A stretch of 64,000 bases of DNA, taken from Bacilli bacterium. GTDB lineage: Bacteria > Bacillota_I > Bacilli_A > RFN20 > CAG-826. Position numbers and translations under genes: made by a program. This document shows positions 31,694 through 41,074 of this stretch, in pieces; the stretch's first letter is position 1; each line of letters begins with the position of its first letter. Location of the stretch: positions 15,854-79,853 of the forward strand of contig JBGUMU010000034.1 in assembly GCA_045116995.1 (NCBI GenBank), read 5' to 3'. Under the pieces are notes generated by a model that ran no database searches, had not been told where the DNA came from, and saw only the letters and a program-made list of their open reading frames with translations.

Positions 31694-32509
31694 CTACTCA
31701 CTCAATTCCTTATACATAATATCATGGACGTAATTGCATAAGTCTGTCGCATTCATTGAGGAGTAATCCTCGTAGTACAAGACTTGTACAACTTTTAATT
31801 CAACTTTCGTAGATCTTGGGAATCTCTTATGGATTTGACTTGTGCCCTTACATGTCAGAATGACAATTGGACATTTTGTTCTAGTGGCAATATTGAAGGC
31901 CCCATTATGGAAGTCCGCTAAGATGACATGTTCTTCTTGACGACTGCCTTCAGGATAGATACCAACGCTTGATGCTCCAGAACCGATTAATTCCGCGGCT
32001 TTTTTGAATTGTTCAAGAGATTGCATCTTATCCGCTCTATTGACTGGCATATAGCCGTTTCTCCACATGAATCTACCTGCAAGAGGAATCTTCATGTTAT
32101 CTTCTTTAGTCACGAAGGCTAAATCAAATTTACTTAATGCTTGAGCGGTTAACATTGGGTCAAACTTACTCTTATGGTTACTAACAAGTAAGAACTTCTC
32201 ACTTGGTATCTTATCTAAACCAATCTTTTTTACACGAACGTTCGCATGGTTATTGATATAGGAAATGCCACTTGTTAATAAGAAGTGGGCAAATTTAGAT
32301 GGTTTAGTATAGTTTTTCTTGTAAGAAACAGTAAATCTACCGGCTAAATCAAAGAAGACCCAGGCAATCGCTAAACCACCAAAGTAACCAGCGATAAATA
32401 GGACAATTGGTCGATAGATGTCATACCACATTTGTACAGGCCAGAATGTAAAAGCACTGACAATGGATAAAATAGCGCCAACGGCTACACAAAATATAGA
32501 AACTAACAT
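31694..32509 (-). CDS. plsC: 1-acyl-sn-glycerol-3-phosphate acyltransferase
   Basis: SNHKSKFDP (H-x4-D), IYPEGSR, and N-terminal TMs. Confidence 0.85.
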   Translation of the reverse strand: MLVSIFCVAVGAILSIVSAFTFWPVQMWYDIYRPIVLFIAGYFGGLAIAWVFFDLAGRFTVSYKKNYTKPSKFAHFLLTSGISYINNHANVRVKKIGLDKIPSEKFLLVSNHKSKFDPMLTAQALSKFDLAFVTKEDNMKIPLAGRFMWRNGYMPVNRADKMQSLEQFKKAAELIGSGASSVGIYPEGSRQEEHVILADFHNGAFNIATRTKCPIVILTCKGTSQIHKRFPRSTKVELKVVQVLYYEDYSSMNATDLCNYVHDIMYKELSE

Positions 32510-32517
32510 ATTTTCAA

Positions 32518-33468
32518 TTATTCAGCTTTAGGAGCGACTAATTTAATAGCCTTTGGACAAATTTCGACTTTGAATTCTTTACCGCAGATCATTTCGCCAT
32601 CGACACAAACATCAAAGTCTTTTGGAGAAACCATTTTGATTTCTTTAGCTTGGCGATAGACGATTTTCTTTCTTGGTCTATCAAGGTGTTTGCCTTTGGT
32701 ATATGTACCGATAATCATACCTAAACCAAGGAATGTCATAGTCTTTAAAACACAGACATCGATTAAACCATCGGTGTTGCTGCTCTTAGGAGCGCATTTG
32801 AATTGACCACCAACATATTGGCCTTGAGCCAATGTGGCTAATAACATTTGTTTTTCGTTGAGTTTTTCACCATCAGCAAAAACTTCGATATCGTTGAAAC
32901 GACCATACTTCATCGCATCGTGCTTTAAAGCGTAGTCATATGGGTTTGTACCTTCTTTAGCGTCTTTTGGTAAGCCATGTTCTTTATAGTAGTTACCACG
33001 AGCACCGACAATGGCATCGAAACCAAAGTTAATAACGTTAATGGAATACATTGGTTCTCTTAAAGAAGCACCAGAGATTTTGCTTAAGTCAACAGCAACA
33101 GGTTCAGCGTTAATTAATGGTTTGAAATCACGATATTTTTCAACGTTTTCATTTGTGACACCATAGATTTTGACAAAGTCATTACCTGTACCAGTTGGTA
33201 AGATTGCGAGTTCAGCGTTATCAAAATCAACCATACCGTTAACAGCTTCGTTAACTGTGCCGTCACCGCCACAGGCATAAACTCTAACAGTGTCTTTAGC
33301 ATTTTTCTTTAAATAGCCTTTTAAGAAATCGACGACCGCACGTGGGCCTGTTGTTTTATATATTTCGTAATCTAATCCTTCAAAGCTTTCTTTAATCTTT
33401 TGCTCAAAAGCTGCGCCGCCATCATTGGCTTTACCAGCGGCTGGATTAAAAATAATTAAATGTTTCAT
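32518..33468 (-). CDS. Diacylglycerol/lipid kinase (DagK/YegS family)
   Basis: MKHLIIFNPAAGK, ACGGDGTVNEAVNG, LPTGTGNDF. ATG 33468 is preferred over the long upstream extension. Confidence 0.85.
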   Translation of the reverse strand: MKHLIIFNPAAGKANDGGAAFEQKIKESFEGLDYEIYKTTGPRAVVDFLKGYLKKNAKDTVRVYACGGDGTVNEAVNGMVDFDNAELAILPTGTGNDFVKIYGVTNENVEKYRDFKPLINAEPVAVDLSKISGASLREPMYSINVINFGFDAIVGARGNYYKEHGLPKDAKEGTNPYDYALKHDAMKYGRFNDIEVFADGEKLNEKQMLLATLAQGQYVGGQFKCAPKSSNTDGLIDVCVLKTMTFLGLGMIIGTYTKGKHLDRPRKKIVYRQAKEIKMVSPKDFDVCVDGEMICGKEFKVEICPKAIKLVAPKAE

Positions 33469-33593
33469 TATAAAGTTCCCTCTTTCAAACAAGAAAAATA
33501 TATCACACCTACAAAAATATAAAAAATACATTTTTTCGCTAAAGAAAAAGACATTTAACAAAATACCCATTATTGTTTACAATAGAGGTTAGT

Positions 33594-34097
33594 ATGAAAC
33601 TATTACAAAAAGCATTGCTATTAGTATCAATAAGCGGCCTTCTTCTCACAGCCTGTGACTATGAGAAAAGATGCTTTTGTTTAGAAACAGGAACTGAACC
33701 AGATTATGTCGCTGGTCAATGCATGCAAATCTCTAAAAGAGACATCATTGAAACTGCTTATGTTTACTGCCTTCCTGAGAATCCAGATGCTCCTCTTTCT
33801 GAGAAAAAATATGAAGTTACTTGGAATGAGAAAATCAACTGGAAGTACTTCTCTTTCTCTGAAGGTCTAAAAGGTAAGATATTCGATAGCATTACCATTG
33901 TTGGTGATGGCCATACTTTAAAGTTTGATATTCATGGTCTCTTAAGAGACGAGACCGCTACTCACGGTTATATTAAGATTAATCAACAAGCGTTTGTGAG
34001 CCATTCTGAAGAAAGTAGAGATGCTTATCTTTACGCCTATTTTGCGATTGGCGATAGAACCGCAAGTGTAGCAAAACCAACTGATGTTTCTTTCTAA
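33594..34097 (+). CDS. Lipoprotein, unknown function
   Basis: MKLLQKALLLVSISGLLLTAC carries the lipobox LLTAC. ATG 33594 has an AGAGG RBS. Confidence 0.65.
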   Translation: MKLLQKALLLVSISGLLLTACDYEKRCFCLETGTEPDYVAGQCMQISKRDIIETAYVYCLPENPDAPLSEKKYEVTWNEKINWKYFSFSEGLKGKIFDSITIVGDGHTLKFDIHGLLRDETATHGYIKINQQAFVSHSEESRDAYLYAYFAIGDRTASVAKPTDVSF

Positions 34098-34686
34098 TAT
34101 GGATAAATATTTTCTTGCCGCTAAAGAAGCACTAAATAGTCATCAAGTCATTGCCTTTCCAACTGAAACAGTTTTTGGCTTAGGTGTCTTTTATGATGAT
34201 GAAAAAGCCTATGAACTTTTAAATAAGATTAAGAGAAGAAGAGAAGATAAACCATACACCTTAATGCTCTATGATTTAGAGGAAATTAATAAGTATGCTT
34301 TCATTGAAAAAAGCGTATTAAATGCGCTTAAAAAGTTCATGCCTGGGCCAGTGACACTTTTGCTCAGGTGTAAAGAGTGCGTGCCTGCCTATGTCACACA
34401 TAACACAGGCGTGGTAGGGGTGAGAATCCCATCTAATAAAGAAGCGTTAGATTTACTAAAGTATTTAAAAAAACCACTTCTAGTTCCTTCCGCTAATAGA
34501 GCGGATCAAAAACCGGCTATGAATGATAAGGAAGTAAAAGAAATCTTTGGTGAAGAAGTACCAGTTATTATCCCTGGTCAATCAGTGGGTGGACTTCCTT
34601 CCACAATCATTGATCTAACAGGTGAAGAAATCAGACTTGTTAGACAAGGACCTATCAGTTTAGAAGATATTAAAAAAGCCCTTTAG
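34084..34686 (+). CDS. tsaC: L-threonylcarbamoyladenylate synthase (TsaC/YwlC/Sua5 family, short form)
   Basis: VIAFPTETVFGLG, KPYTLM, GVRIPS and VPSANR are family motifs. The start may be 34084 or 34099. Confidence 0.85.
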   Translation: MFLSNMDKYFLAAKEALNSHQVIAFPTETVFGLGVFYDDEKAYELLNKIKRRREDKPYTLMLYDLEEINKYAFIEKSVLNALKKFMPGPVTLLLRCKECVPAYVTHNTGVVGVRIPSNKEALDLLKYLKKPLLVPSANRADQKPAMNDKEVKEIFGEEVPVIIPGQSVGGLPSTIIDLTGEEIRLVRQGPISLEDIKKAL

Positions 34687-34698
34687 GGCTTTTCTTTT
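34672..34698. terminator. Bidirectional terminator
   Basis: AAAGCCC (34675-34681) pairs with GGGCTTT (34686-34692), with flanking A- and T-runs. Lies between convergent genes. Confidence 0.7.
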
Positions 34699-35806
34699 AG
34701 TCTGTGAAATCTTTATCTTCCACAATACTGAAATTGTAATCAGGATATTTTGCTTGTAAGTCATCATGTATTTCTTTGATGAGCTTAGGAGCATCTTTAT
34801 CTTTGAAATCTACAATGACATCAAATGTAATTGATTTACTTTCTTGATCACAGTAGAAACCGTGAATTTGTTTAATAGTGGGGTGCGCTAAGACTTCTTG
34901 TTGGATATCTGCTCTAATCTTATTGATAAGTGGGTCACTATTATTAGAGGCATAAATGCCTATGGTCATAATAATGCCAAACTGTTCGTATACTTCAAAA
35001 GCAATCTTTCTAGTTAATGGATGAATGTCTTTAGCGGTCATCTTGTCATCAACTTCGATATGGATAGAACCAATACCTCTATCTGGACCATAGTTATTAA
35101 CGATTAAATCGTAAGCACCTTTAACTTCAGGATTTTCACAAACAAGATGTTTAATCGCATCACTTGTTTCCTTGCTAGTGCGCTCACCAATAATGCTTGA
35201 TAATGATTGTCTTAAAACATCAATTCCAGACTTAATCATGAATAAGCCAATGACAACACCAATATAACCTTCAATGTTAACTTTCCAAACAAGAGAAACA
35301 ACGATAGCAACGAGGGTGCCTAAGGATAATAAAGCATCGAATAACGCATCAATTCCAGAGCCTTTTAAAGCTTCACTATTTACCTTCTTACCAACGTGTC
35401 TAAAGTATAAACCTAAACCGATTTTAACTAAGACCGCGACAGCGATAAGAATTAATGAAACAACATCGAAACTTGGAGTTTTTTGCTCGATGATACTAAT
35501 GATTGATTCCACAATCGCGGTAGCACCAGCGATAAGAATAATAACGCTGATGATTAAGCTAGTAATATATTCGACTCGACCATGACCATAAGGGTGTTTA
35601 GCGTCTGGTTTCTTTTGTGATAATTTAGTGCCTACAATGGTGATGACACTAGATAAAGCATCACTTAAGTTATTAACGGCGTCCATGATAATCGCAATAC
35701 TACCTGCGATAATACCAACGAATGCCTTAAGTGTGACTAAACCAAGATTGGTGAGAATACCAATAACACTAGTTCTAACAATGACCTTACTTCTATTATT
35801 TGACAT
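34697..35806 (-). CDS. Cation diffusion facilitator (CDF) divalent-metal efflux transporter
   Basis: AVNNLSDALSS, HPYGHGRVEY, six TMs, and a cytoplasmic C-terminal alpha/beta domain. Confidence 0.9.
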   Translation of the reverse strand: MSNNRSKVIVRTSVIGILTNLGLVTLKAFVGIIAGSIAIIMDAVNNLSDALSSVITIVGTKLSQKKPDAKHPYGHGRVEYITSLIISVIILIAGATAIVESIISIIEQKTPSFDVVSLILIAVAVLVKIGLGLYFRHVGKKVNSEALKGSGIDALFDALLSLGTLVAIVVSLVWKVNIEGYIGVVIGLFMIKSGIDVLRQSLSSIIGERTSKETSDAIKHLVCENPEVKGAYDLIVNNYGPDRGIGSIHIEVDDKMTAKDIHPLTRKIAFEVYEQFGIIMTIGIYASNNSDPLINKIRADIQQEVLAHPTIKQIHGFYCDQESKSITFDVIVDFKDKDAPKLIKEIHDDLQAKYPDYNFSIVEDKDFTD

Positions 35807-36233
35807 AAAAACCGTCCAGGACCTTATGCAATAATTGATAAAAAACTATTGCTTCTTCTTTCTTTAAATTTACGCATTTTGCGATTTCAGGTGGTACTTC
35901 TAAAGCTTTTTGCTTAAGCTCTAATCCTTTAGTAGTCACAATGACCACTAACTCACGACCATCTTTATCGCTTTTATTCTTTATAATATAGCCCTTCTTT
36001 TCTAACTTGTTCAAGAGTGGCGTTAAAGTTCCTGAATCAAGGTATAGTTTTTTGCCTAATTCTTTAACAGTGATATGATCCTTTTCCCATAACGCTAATA
36101 AGGTAATGTATTGGGTATATGTTAAGTCCAATTTATTAAGTAAAGGAATATAGCGGCGGACAATTTCCTTACTCGCTACATACATTGGAAAACAGATTTG
36201 ATTTTCAAGTCTTAAGCACTCTTCGTTTTTCAT
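35796..36233 (-). CDS. ohrR: OhrR-type MarR-family organic-peroxide-sensing repressor
   Basis: LENQICFPMYVASKEI..YIPLLNKLDLTYTQYITLLALWE...LYLDSGTLTPLLNKLEKKGYI is near-collinear with B. subtilis OhrR, including the sensing Cys (NQLCF). Confidence 0.85.
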   Translation of the reverse strand: MKNEECLRLENQICFPMYVASKEIVRRYIPLLNKLDLTYTQYITLLALWEKDHITVKELGKKLYLDSGTLTPLLNKLEKKGYIIKNKSDKDGRELVVIVTTKGLELKQKALEVPPEIAKCVNLKKEEAIVFYQLLHKVLDGFYVK

Positions 36234-36234
36234 A

Positions 36235-36714
36235 TTATTTGCCTAAAGCTTTAACGATAGATTCTTCAATGTCTTCTGGTTTAACGGTTGGTTCAAATCT
36301 GCCTAAGAAAGTACCATCTCTACCAATTAAGAATTTGGTGAAATTCCATTTAACTTTCTTAACCTTCTTTTCTTCGTTTTGAGATTCTAAATAAACGAAT
36401 AAAGGATGGGCATCTTTGCCATTAACTTTAATCTTTTCAAATTGTGGGAATTGGGTGTTGTATCTTAAAGAACAAACAGCGTGAATCTCTTCAGAAGTTC
36501 CTGGAGCTTGGGCTAAGAATTGGTTACATGGGAAATCCAAAATCACAAATCCTTGGTCTTTATATTTTTCGTATAAAGCCTCTAAACCTTCATATTGAGG
36601 AGTAAAGCCACATCTTGTCGCGGTGTTAACCACAAGGATGACTTGACCATTGTATTGTTGTAAGGAAACGCTGTTTCCTAAGTAATCGTTTGCTGAGAAA
36701 TCGTAAATGTTCAT
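36235..36714 (-). CDS. gpx: Glutathione peroxidase-family thiol peroxidase
   Basis: VVNTATRCGFTPQY, FPCNQF and WNFTKFL form the catalytic-triad context. ATG 36714 has a GGAGG RBS. Confidence 0.9.
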   Translation of the reverse strand: MNIYDFSANDYLGNSVSLQQYNGQVILVVNTATRCGFTPQYEGLEALYEKYKDQGFVILDFPCNQFLAQAPGTSEEIHAVCSLRYNTQFPQFEKIKVNGKDAHPLFVYLESQNEEKKVKKVKWNFTKFLIGRDGTFLGRFEPTVKPEDIEESIVKALGK

Positions 36715-36788
36715 AATTATTTCCTCCATAATAAATTGTATACAATCTATTTTTATTTGCAAGAAAAAAGACTCATTAACTTTGAGCC

Positions 36789-37502
36789 TTACTTCTTTGT
36801 GAACACTAATGCAGGTTTACCAATGACCACGCGAGTGTTACTTGGTACATCCTCTAATAAGAAGACGTTACTACCGATTGTGACGTTATCACCAATCTTA
36901 ATTGGGCCAAGTAATGAGGCGCCAGCATAAATGGTTACGTTATCACCAACTTGTGGGTGCCTAACAACGCCCCTCATTTTTTCTGCATTACTAAGAGAGA
37001 CCGCACCAAGAGTGACACATTGATAGATCTTCACTCTTTTACCAATGGTGGAGGTTTGACCAATAACAGTACCTGTACCATGGTCAATAAAGAATGGATA
37101 ATCAATCGTTGCACCTGGATGAATATCAATACCAGTTTGAGAATGCGCTAATTCTGAGAAGTAACGAGCGTGAACTGTATAACCTAATTTATATAAAACG
37201 TGTGAGATACGATAAATAGCGATAGCTTTAAACCCAGGATAAGCCATCTTGATTTCATCTAGTGATGAAGCCGCAGGATCGCTATCCATAAAGAACTGTA
37301 AATCTTCTTTTAAGATATCCTTAATGATTTCTAATTCATTTTTAAATACAACAAAGTTGTCTTTATTTTCTTCAATGGTGCGATCAAAAAGTTCTTCTAA
37401 TTTATCGCCGTTGTCATTGCAGATAACATAAGAGAAGGATTCATCTAATAAATCGTATAAATCGTTTTTGCAAATCATATTTCGTTTAGAATTGTGACAC
37501 AT
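36789..37502 (-). CDS. cysE: Serine O-acetyltransferase
   Basis: N-terminal SATase helical domain, then hexapeptide repeats (GIDIHPGATI, FIDHGTGTVIGQTSTIG, VTLGA..). Confidence 0.9.
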   Translation of the reverse strand: MCHNSKRNMICKNDLYDLLDESFSYVICNDNGDKLEELFDRTIEENKDNFVVFKNELEIIKDILKEDLQFFMDSDPAASSLDEIKMAYPGFKAIAIYRISHVLYKLGYTVHARYFSELAHSQTGIDIHPGATIDYPFFIDHGTGTVIGQTSTIGKRVKIYQCVTLGAVSLSNAEKMRGVVRHPQVGDNVTIYAGASLLGPIKIGDNVTIGSNVFLLEDVPSNTRVVIGKPALVFTKK

Positions 37503-37579
37503 TTAATTCGAAAATACAAATGATAAGACAATCTAAAAGTGCTACAATAACTATATAGTTACTATTGGAGAACATTCTC

Positions 37580-38518
37580 ATGATTAAAAAAAGACATTTC
37601 TATATTGTTATCGGCATCTTATTAGCCGGTTTTATTGTTGGTTCATTTGTGGACTTGCAACTCAACGAAGCCATTTACTCAGATGGCAATATGTTTGGTA
37701 AGATTATGGCCGCATTTGGTACATATCCCTGCTATGCAGGATTATCATTCTGCGCTGGTGGTCTTTTAATCACTTCTATTAAGAAAAAAGATTTACATAT
37801 TATTTGGAAATTAATCTCCTGGTTCTTAGTGGCCTTAGGCTATGGCTTATCTGTCTATTTAGGCTCCAAAGATGTTCCATCTGTTAATGGTTTCAATAAT
37901 CCATCCTTACTCATCCCAACAATGGCGGTTAACGTCTTTGTTTTCGGTGGCTTTGGTGCGTTAGGCTTCTTAGTTTGTAAGAAAGGTGATGAAAATACCT
38001 TATGGACGGCTTTAATGGTGATGGCTATCATCTTCATCATGGCCTTAATCCCAACAAGCTACTTAATTAAGTTAGTTATCCATCGTCCACGTTACCGCTA
38101 TGTTGTTAGAAGTGGTGAAGTTGGTTTCAAAAACTGGTGGGAAACATTCCATGGCTATAAAGAATACATTAATGAAGGTCATAACTTATATGGTATTGAT
38201 ATCACAAAAGAAGAATTTAAATCCTTCCCAAGTGGTCACTCAGGTAGTGCTGCTATCTTAATGATGACCTTACCATATTTATCAATGTTCTTTAAGAAAT
38301 TGAAGGGTAAAGAAACAATGATGTTCTACATCGGTTTTGCTTGGACATTATTAATGATGTTCTCCAGAATGTTAGTGGGTGCACACTTCCTCACTGATAC
38401 ATGCATGGGTGCCCTAATTGTGGTAGTTGTGTACTATATTGGCCATACAATCGCTACACATAAAGGCTTAATTTATAAAAGTGAATATCACCCACAAGAA
38501 GAAGCTAAAGCAGAATAA
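37580..38518 (+). CDS. PAP2-family membrane phosphatase
   Basis: KLVIHRPRYRY (KxxxxxxRP), FPSGHSGSA (PSGH), SRMLVGAHFLTD (SRxxxxxHxxxD). ATG 37580 has a GGAGAA RBS. Confidence 0.85.
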   Translation: MIKKRHFYIVIGILLAGFIVGSFVDLQLNEAIYSDGNMFGKIMAAFGTYPCYAGLSFCAGGLLITSIKKKDLHIIWKLISWFLVALGYGLSVYLGSKDVPSVNGFNNPSLLIPTMAVNVFVFGGFGALGFLVCKKGDENTLWTALMVMAIIFIMALIPTSYLIKLVIHRPRYRYVVRSGEVGFKNWWETFHGYKEYINEGHNLYGIDITKEEFKSFPSGHSGSAAILMMTLPYLSMFFKKLKGKETMMFYIGFAWTLLMMFSRMLVGAHFLTDTCMGALIVVVVYYIGHTIATHKGLIYKSEYHPQEEAKAE

Positions 38519-38537
38519 TCATTTGTAGGGTAGCTAT

Positions 38538-40379
38538 ATGAAAAGAAAATCAGCGTTATTATCAATCTTACCTGTCCTACTTCTTTCATCATGTGATTTT
38601 CTTGATATTTTCAATTCCAACTCTGATGAAAAAACAGTGGGCGTTTATGTTTTAGATTTAATTGCTTATGATGATAATCCTCAATTAAGTAAAGCTAATG
38701 TTGGTAGTCTCAATTTACGCTTTAGAAATGGTGAAAAATACGTTCCTTATTTAACAGTAAAACAATATGCTTCTATCTACGATAAGTTCTTTGAAGAAGG
38801 TGTGACTAGTGAAGTATCCACCAGCGGATTTATCACTCAATGGACCATCAAAAAGAATGATGATGTTTATTTTGTCGCGGCAATATCTCCCTTGGAGAAG
38901 ACAGTCATCCGAGCTGGTGATATTTCTAATGTCTTAAGAACAGGTGAAGGTGGTATTACTCCTCCTCTTGATGTTTTAAGCTATGGTGTTGAAAGTTCAC
39001 AAACCTATGAACAACTTGGGGAAAATAACTACTCGACATTTACTTATAAAGATTGTGACTTTGATTATTTAAGAAATGATGGTGATATCTATTTCCCATT
39101 AGGTCTTTTAGACCTCTCATTCTCTGAATCTTCAGGTTTATATGTTACATATAACTATAAAAATCTCTATGCTTCAACCGCTCCAGATGACTTTGGTGAT
39201 CTAGCGTTTAGAGATGGTCTTACTTATACTTCAGTAGATGATCAAATGGCTAAAGCCGTCGGTTATTCAACAATGCCTGATTACCTTATTAAATATAACG
39301 CCAGTGCGTTCTTATACGTCATGCAAAACTTCTATGGTTTAAGACAATATCACGGCATTGAGAATATGAAACAGTTCTATAAGCAAAAGGGCTTATATGA
39401 TAAGTTCTATTCTGGCGTGGCCTCCACTAGAGGATATGCTTTCTCAGAAGCTGTTAATCTCTTTGATGATAACCACACCGGTGTTGTTAGAGTTAACAGT
39501 GCTTGGGGAGAAAACGTTAGAGCCCCATATGCCAAAGGCATTGTGGCAAGAAATAAATTAGAAGAACGCTTAACAACTTTACGTAAAGAAAAGTATCAAG
39601 GCACATCAATTGTTGAACCTGCTGAAGGCGATATCCGCTACAGCGATGATGGTAAAACCGCCATGTTCTATTTTGACTCGTTCAAATACGGTACATACGA
39701 TCAAGTCTTTGATAACTCTGGTCGTGTTAAAGCAGATGCTTATAAATATGACACCTTCTTCTTATTCCGTGACACACTAAAAGAGATTTCTAATCATGGT
39801 TCAGTAGAAAACGTCATTATCGATGTTTCCTTAAATGGTGGTGGTACCCTTGGTGTTTTAATTAAACTTTTACCACTACTCAGCAAAAATAACCAATCGT
39901 CCATTAACTTCTATGATGACTCAGAAGAAATGGTCTTCACCTATAGAAGTACTTCTGATATCAATGGTGACGGTTTATACAATCAAAACGATGCCTATGG
40001 TAATAGATTTAATTTCTATATTCTGACATCTGATTGTTCATTCTCTTGTGGCAATGCTTTCCCGTGCTATGCCCAAGCAATGGGAGTCAAAATTATTGGC
40101 GAAAATTCCGGTGGTGGTGAATGCGCTGTTGCTATCCATTATTTGCCAAATAGCCAATACGTGTATCATTCTTCTAATCTCCACCTTGGGATTTTTGATC
40201 AAACAAAGAAGGAATTCCACGGATTCGAAAATGGTGCGGATCCAGACATCCCATTAACAGAATTCAATCAACCAATGTGTACTGTGGATGATAATGGCAA
40301 TCCAACCTATCACATTCCTGGTGGTTTCTATGATATTAATTCTTTAAACGAAAAAATCATTGAATACGCTAATAAATAG
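38538..40379 (+). CDS. Lipoprotein with peptidase-S41-like C-terminal domain
   Basis: Lipobox LLLSSC. The C-terminal block LNGGGT...ILTSDCSFSCGNAFPCYAQAMGVKIIGENSGGGE resembles the S41 (Ctp/Tsp) core. Paralogous to 48116-50113. Confidence 0.6.
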   Translation: MKRKSALLSILPVLLLSSCDFLDIFNSNSDEKTVGVYVLDLIAYDDNPQLSKANVGSLNLRFRNGEKYVPYLTVKQYASIYDKFFEEGVTSEVSTSGFITQWTIKKNDDVYFVAAISPLEKTVIRAGDISNVLRTGEGGITPPLDVLSYGVESSQTYEQLGENNYSTFTYKDCDFDYLRNDGDIYFPLGLLDLSFSESSGLYVTYNYKNLYASTAPDDFGDLAFRDGLTYTSVDDQMAKAVGYSTMPDYLIKYNASAFLYVMQNFYGLRQYHGIENMKQFYKQKGLYDKFYSGVASTRGYAFSEAVNLFDDNHTGVVRVNSAWGENVRAPYAKGIVARNKLEERLTTLRKEKYQGTSIVEPAEGDIRYSDDGKTAMFYFDSFKYGTYDQVFDNSGRVKADAYKYDTFFLFRDTLKEISNHGSVENVIIDVSLNGGGTLGVLIKLLPLLSKNNQSSINFYDDSEEMVFTYRSTSDINGDGLYNQNDAYGNRFNFYILTSDCSFSCGNAFPCYAQAMGVKIIGENSGGGECAVAIHYLPNSQYVYHSSNLHLGIFDQTKKEFHGFENGADPDIPLTEFNQPMCTVDDNGNPTYHIPGGFYDINSLNEKIIEYANK

Positions 40380-40467
40380 TGAAAATACCCATTATTTAAA
40401 ATAAAAGTTGTAAAATTCTTCATTATTCTTATAATTTTTGTTGTATAACACAAAAGGGAGATATCGC

Positions 40468-40950
40468 ATGGAAAATAAGTATCTTAAACTCCATTCTCTT
40501 CTTAGAATGGCCGCTGCTCTTATCGCGGTAATCACCTTTATCTCAATGTTCATCACCAAACAAATCGTTCACTCAGAATATCCAAATGATGTGTTCTTGA
40601 TGTGGAATGAAGCGTTCTTTGATGACGCTGATACTAAAGGTACCGTTCTTGGCTTTATTGGTTATTTATTCGTCTTATTCGGAGGACTCGCAGGTTTAGC
40701 CTTTGTATTCATCGACGAACTTATCGGTAAAGATCTCACAAAGAAATTATCATTCATCGCCGGTGGCGTTATCGTCTTAGGCGCAGTTATGATGTTATTA
40801 ACAGGCGCCATCTATAGAGGCATGAACGCTGATGGTCTTGGTATTAAATACTTCCAATTAGGTGCAGGTCCAATCGTCTTTGCTATCCTTGCTATGATCG
40901 CAGGTGTTGCAAACGCTGCTGCTCCAATCTTAGAAGATAAAGGTCTTTAA
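40468..40950 (+). CDS. Membrane protein, unknown function
   Basis: About 4 TM helices. ATG 40468 follows AAAGGGAG. Confidence 0.6.
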   Translation: MENKYLKLHSLLRMAAALIAVITFISMFITKQIVHSEYPNDVFLMWNEAFFDDADTKGTVLGFIGYLFVLFGGLAGLAFVFIDELIGKDLTKKLSFIAGGVIVLGAVMMLLTGAIYRGMNADGLGIKYFQLGAGPIVFAILAMIAGVANAAAPILEDKGL

Positions 40951-40970
40951 TATCCATTATTAAGCTAGCA

Positions 40971-41000
40971 AAAACCAGCACGAAAAATGCTGGTTTTTTC
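40971..41000 (+). terminator. Rho-independent terminator
   Basis: AAAACCAGCA-cgaaaaa-TGCTGGTTTT followed by TT. Confidence 0.8.
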
Positions 41001-41074
41001 TATTTTACACTTGTAACATTTTGTAAATCTTCAAAGTAGAATATTGTTGCTATAATGAAAGTGAGGTTTTACAT

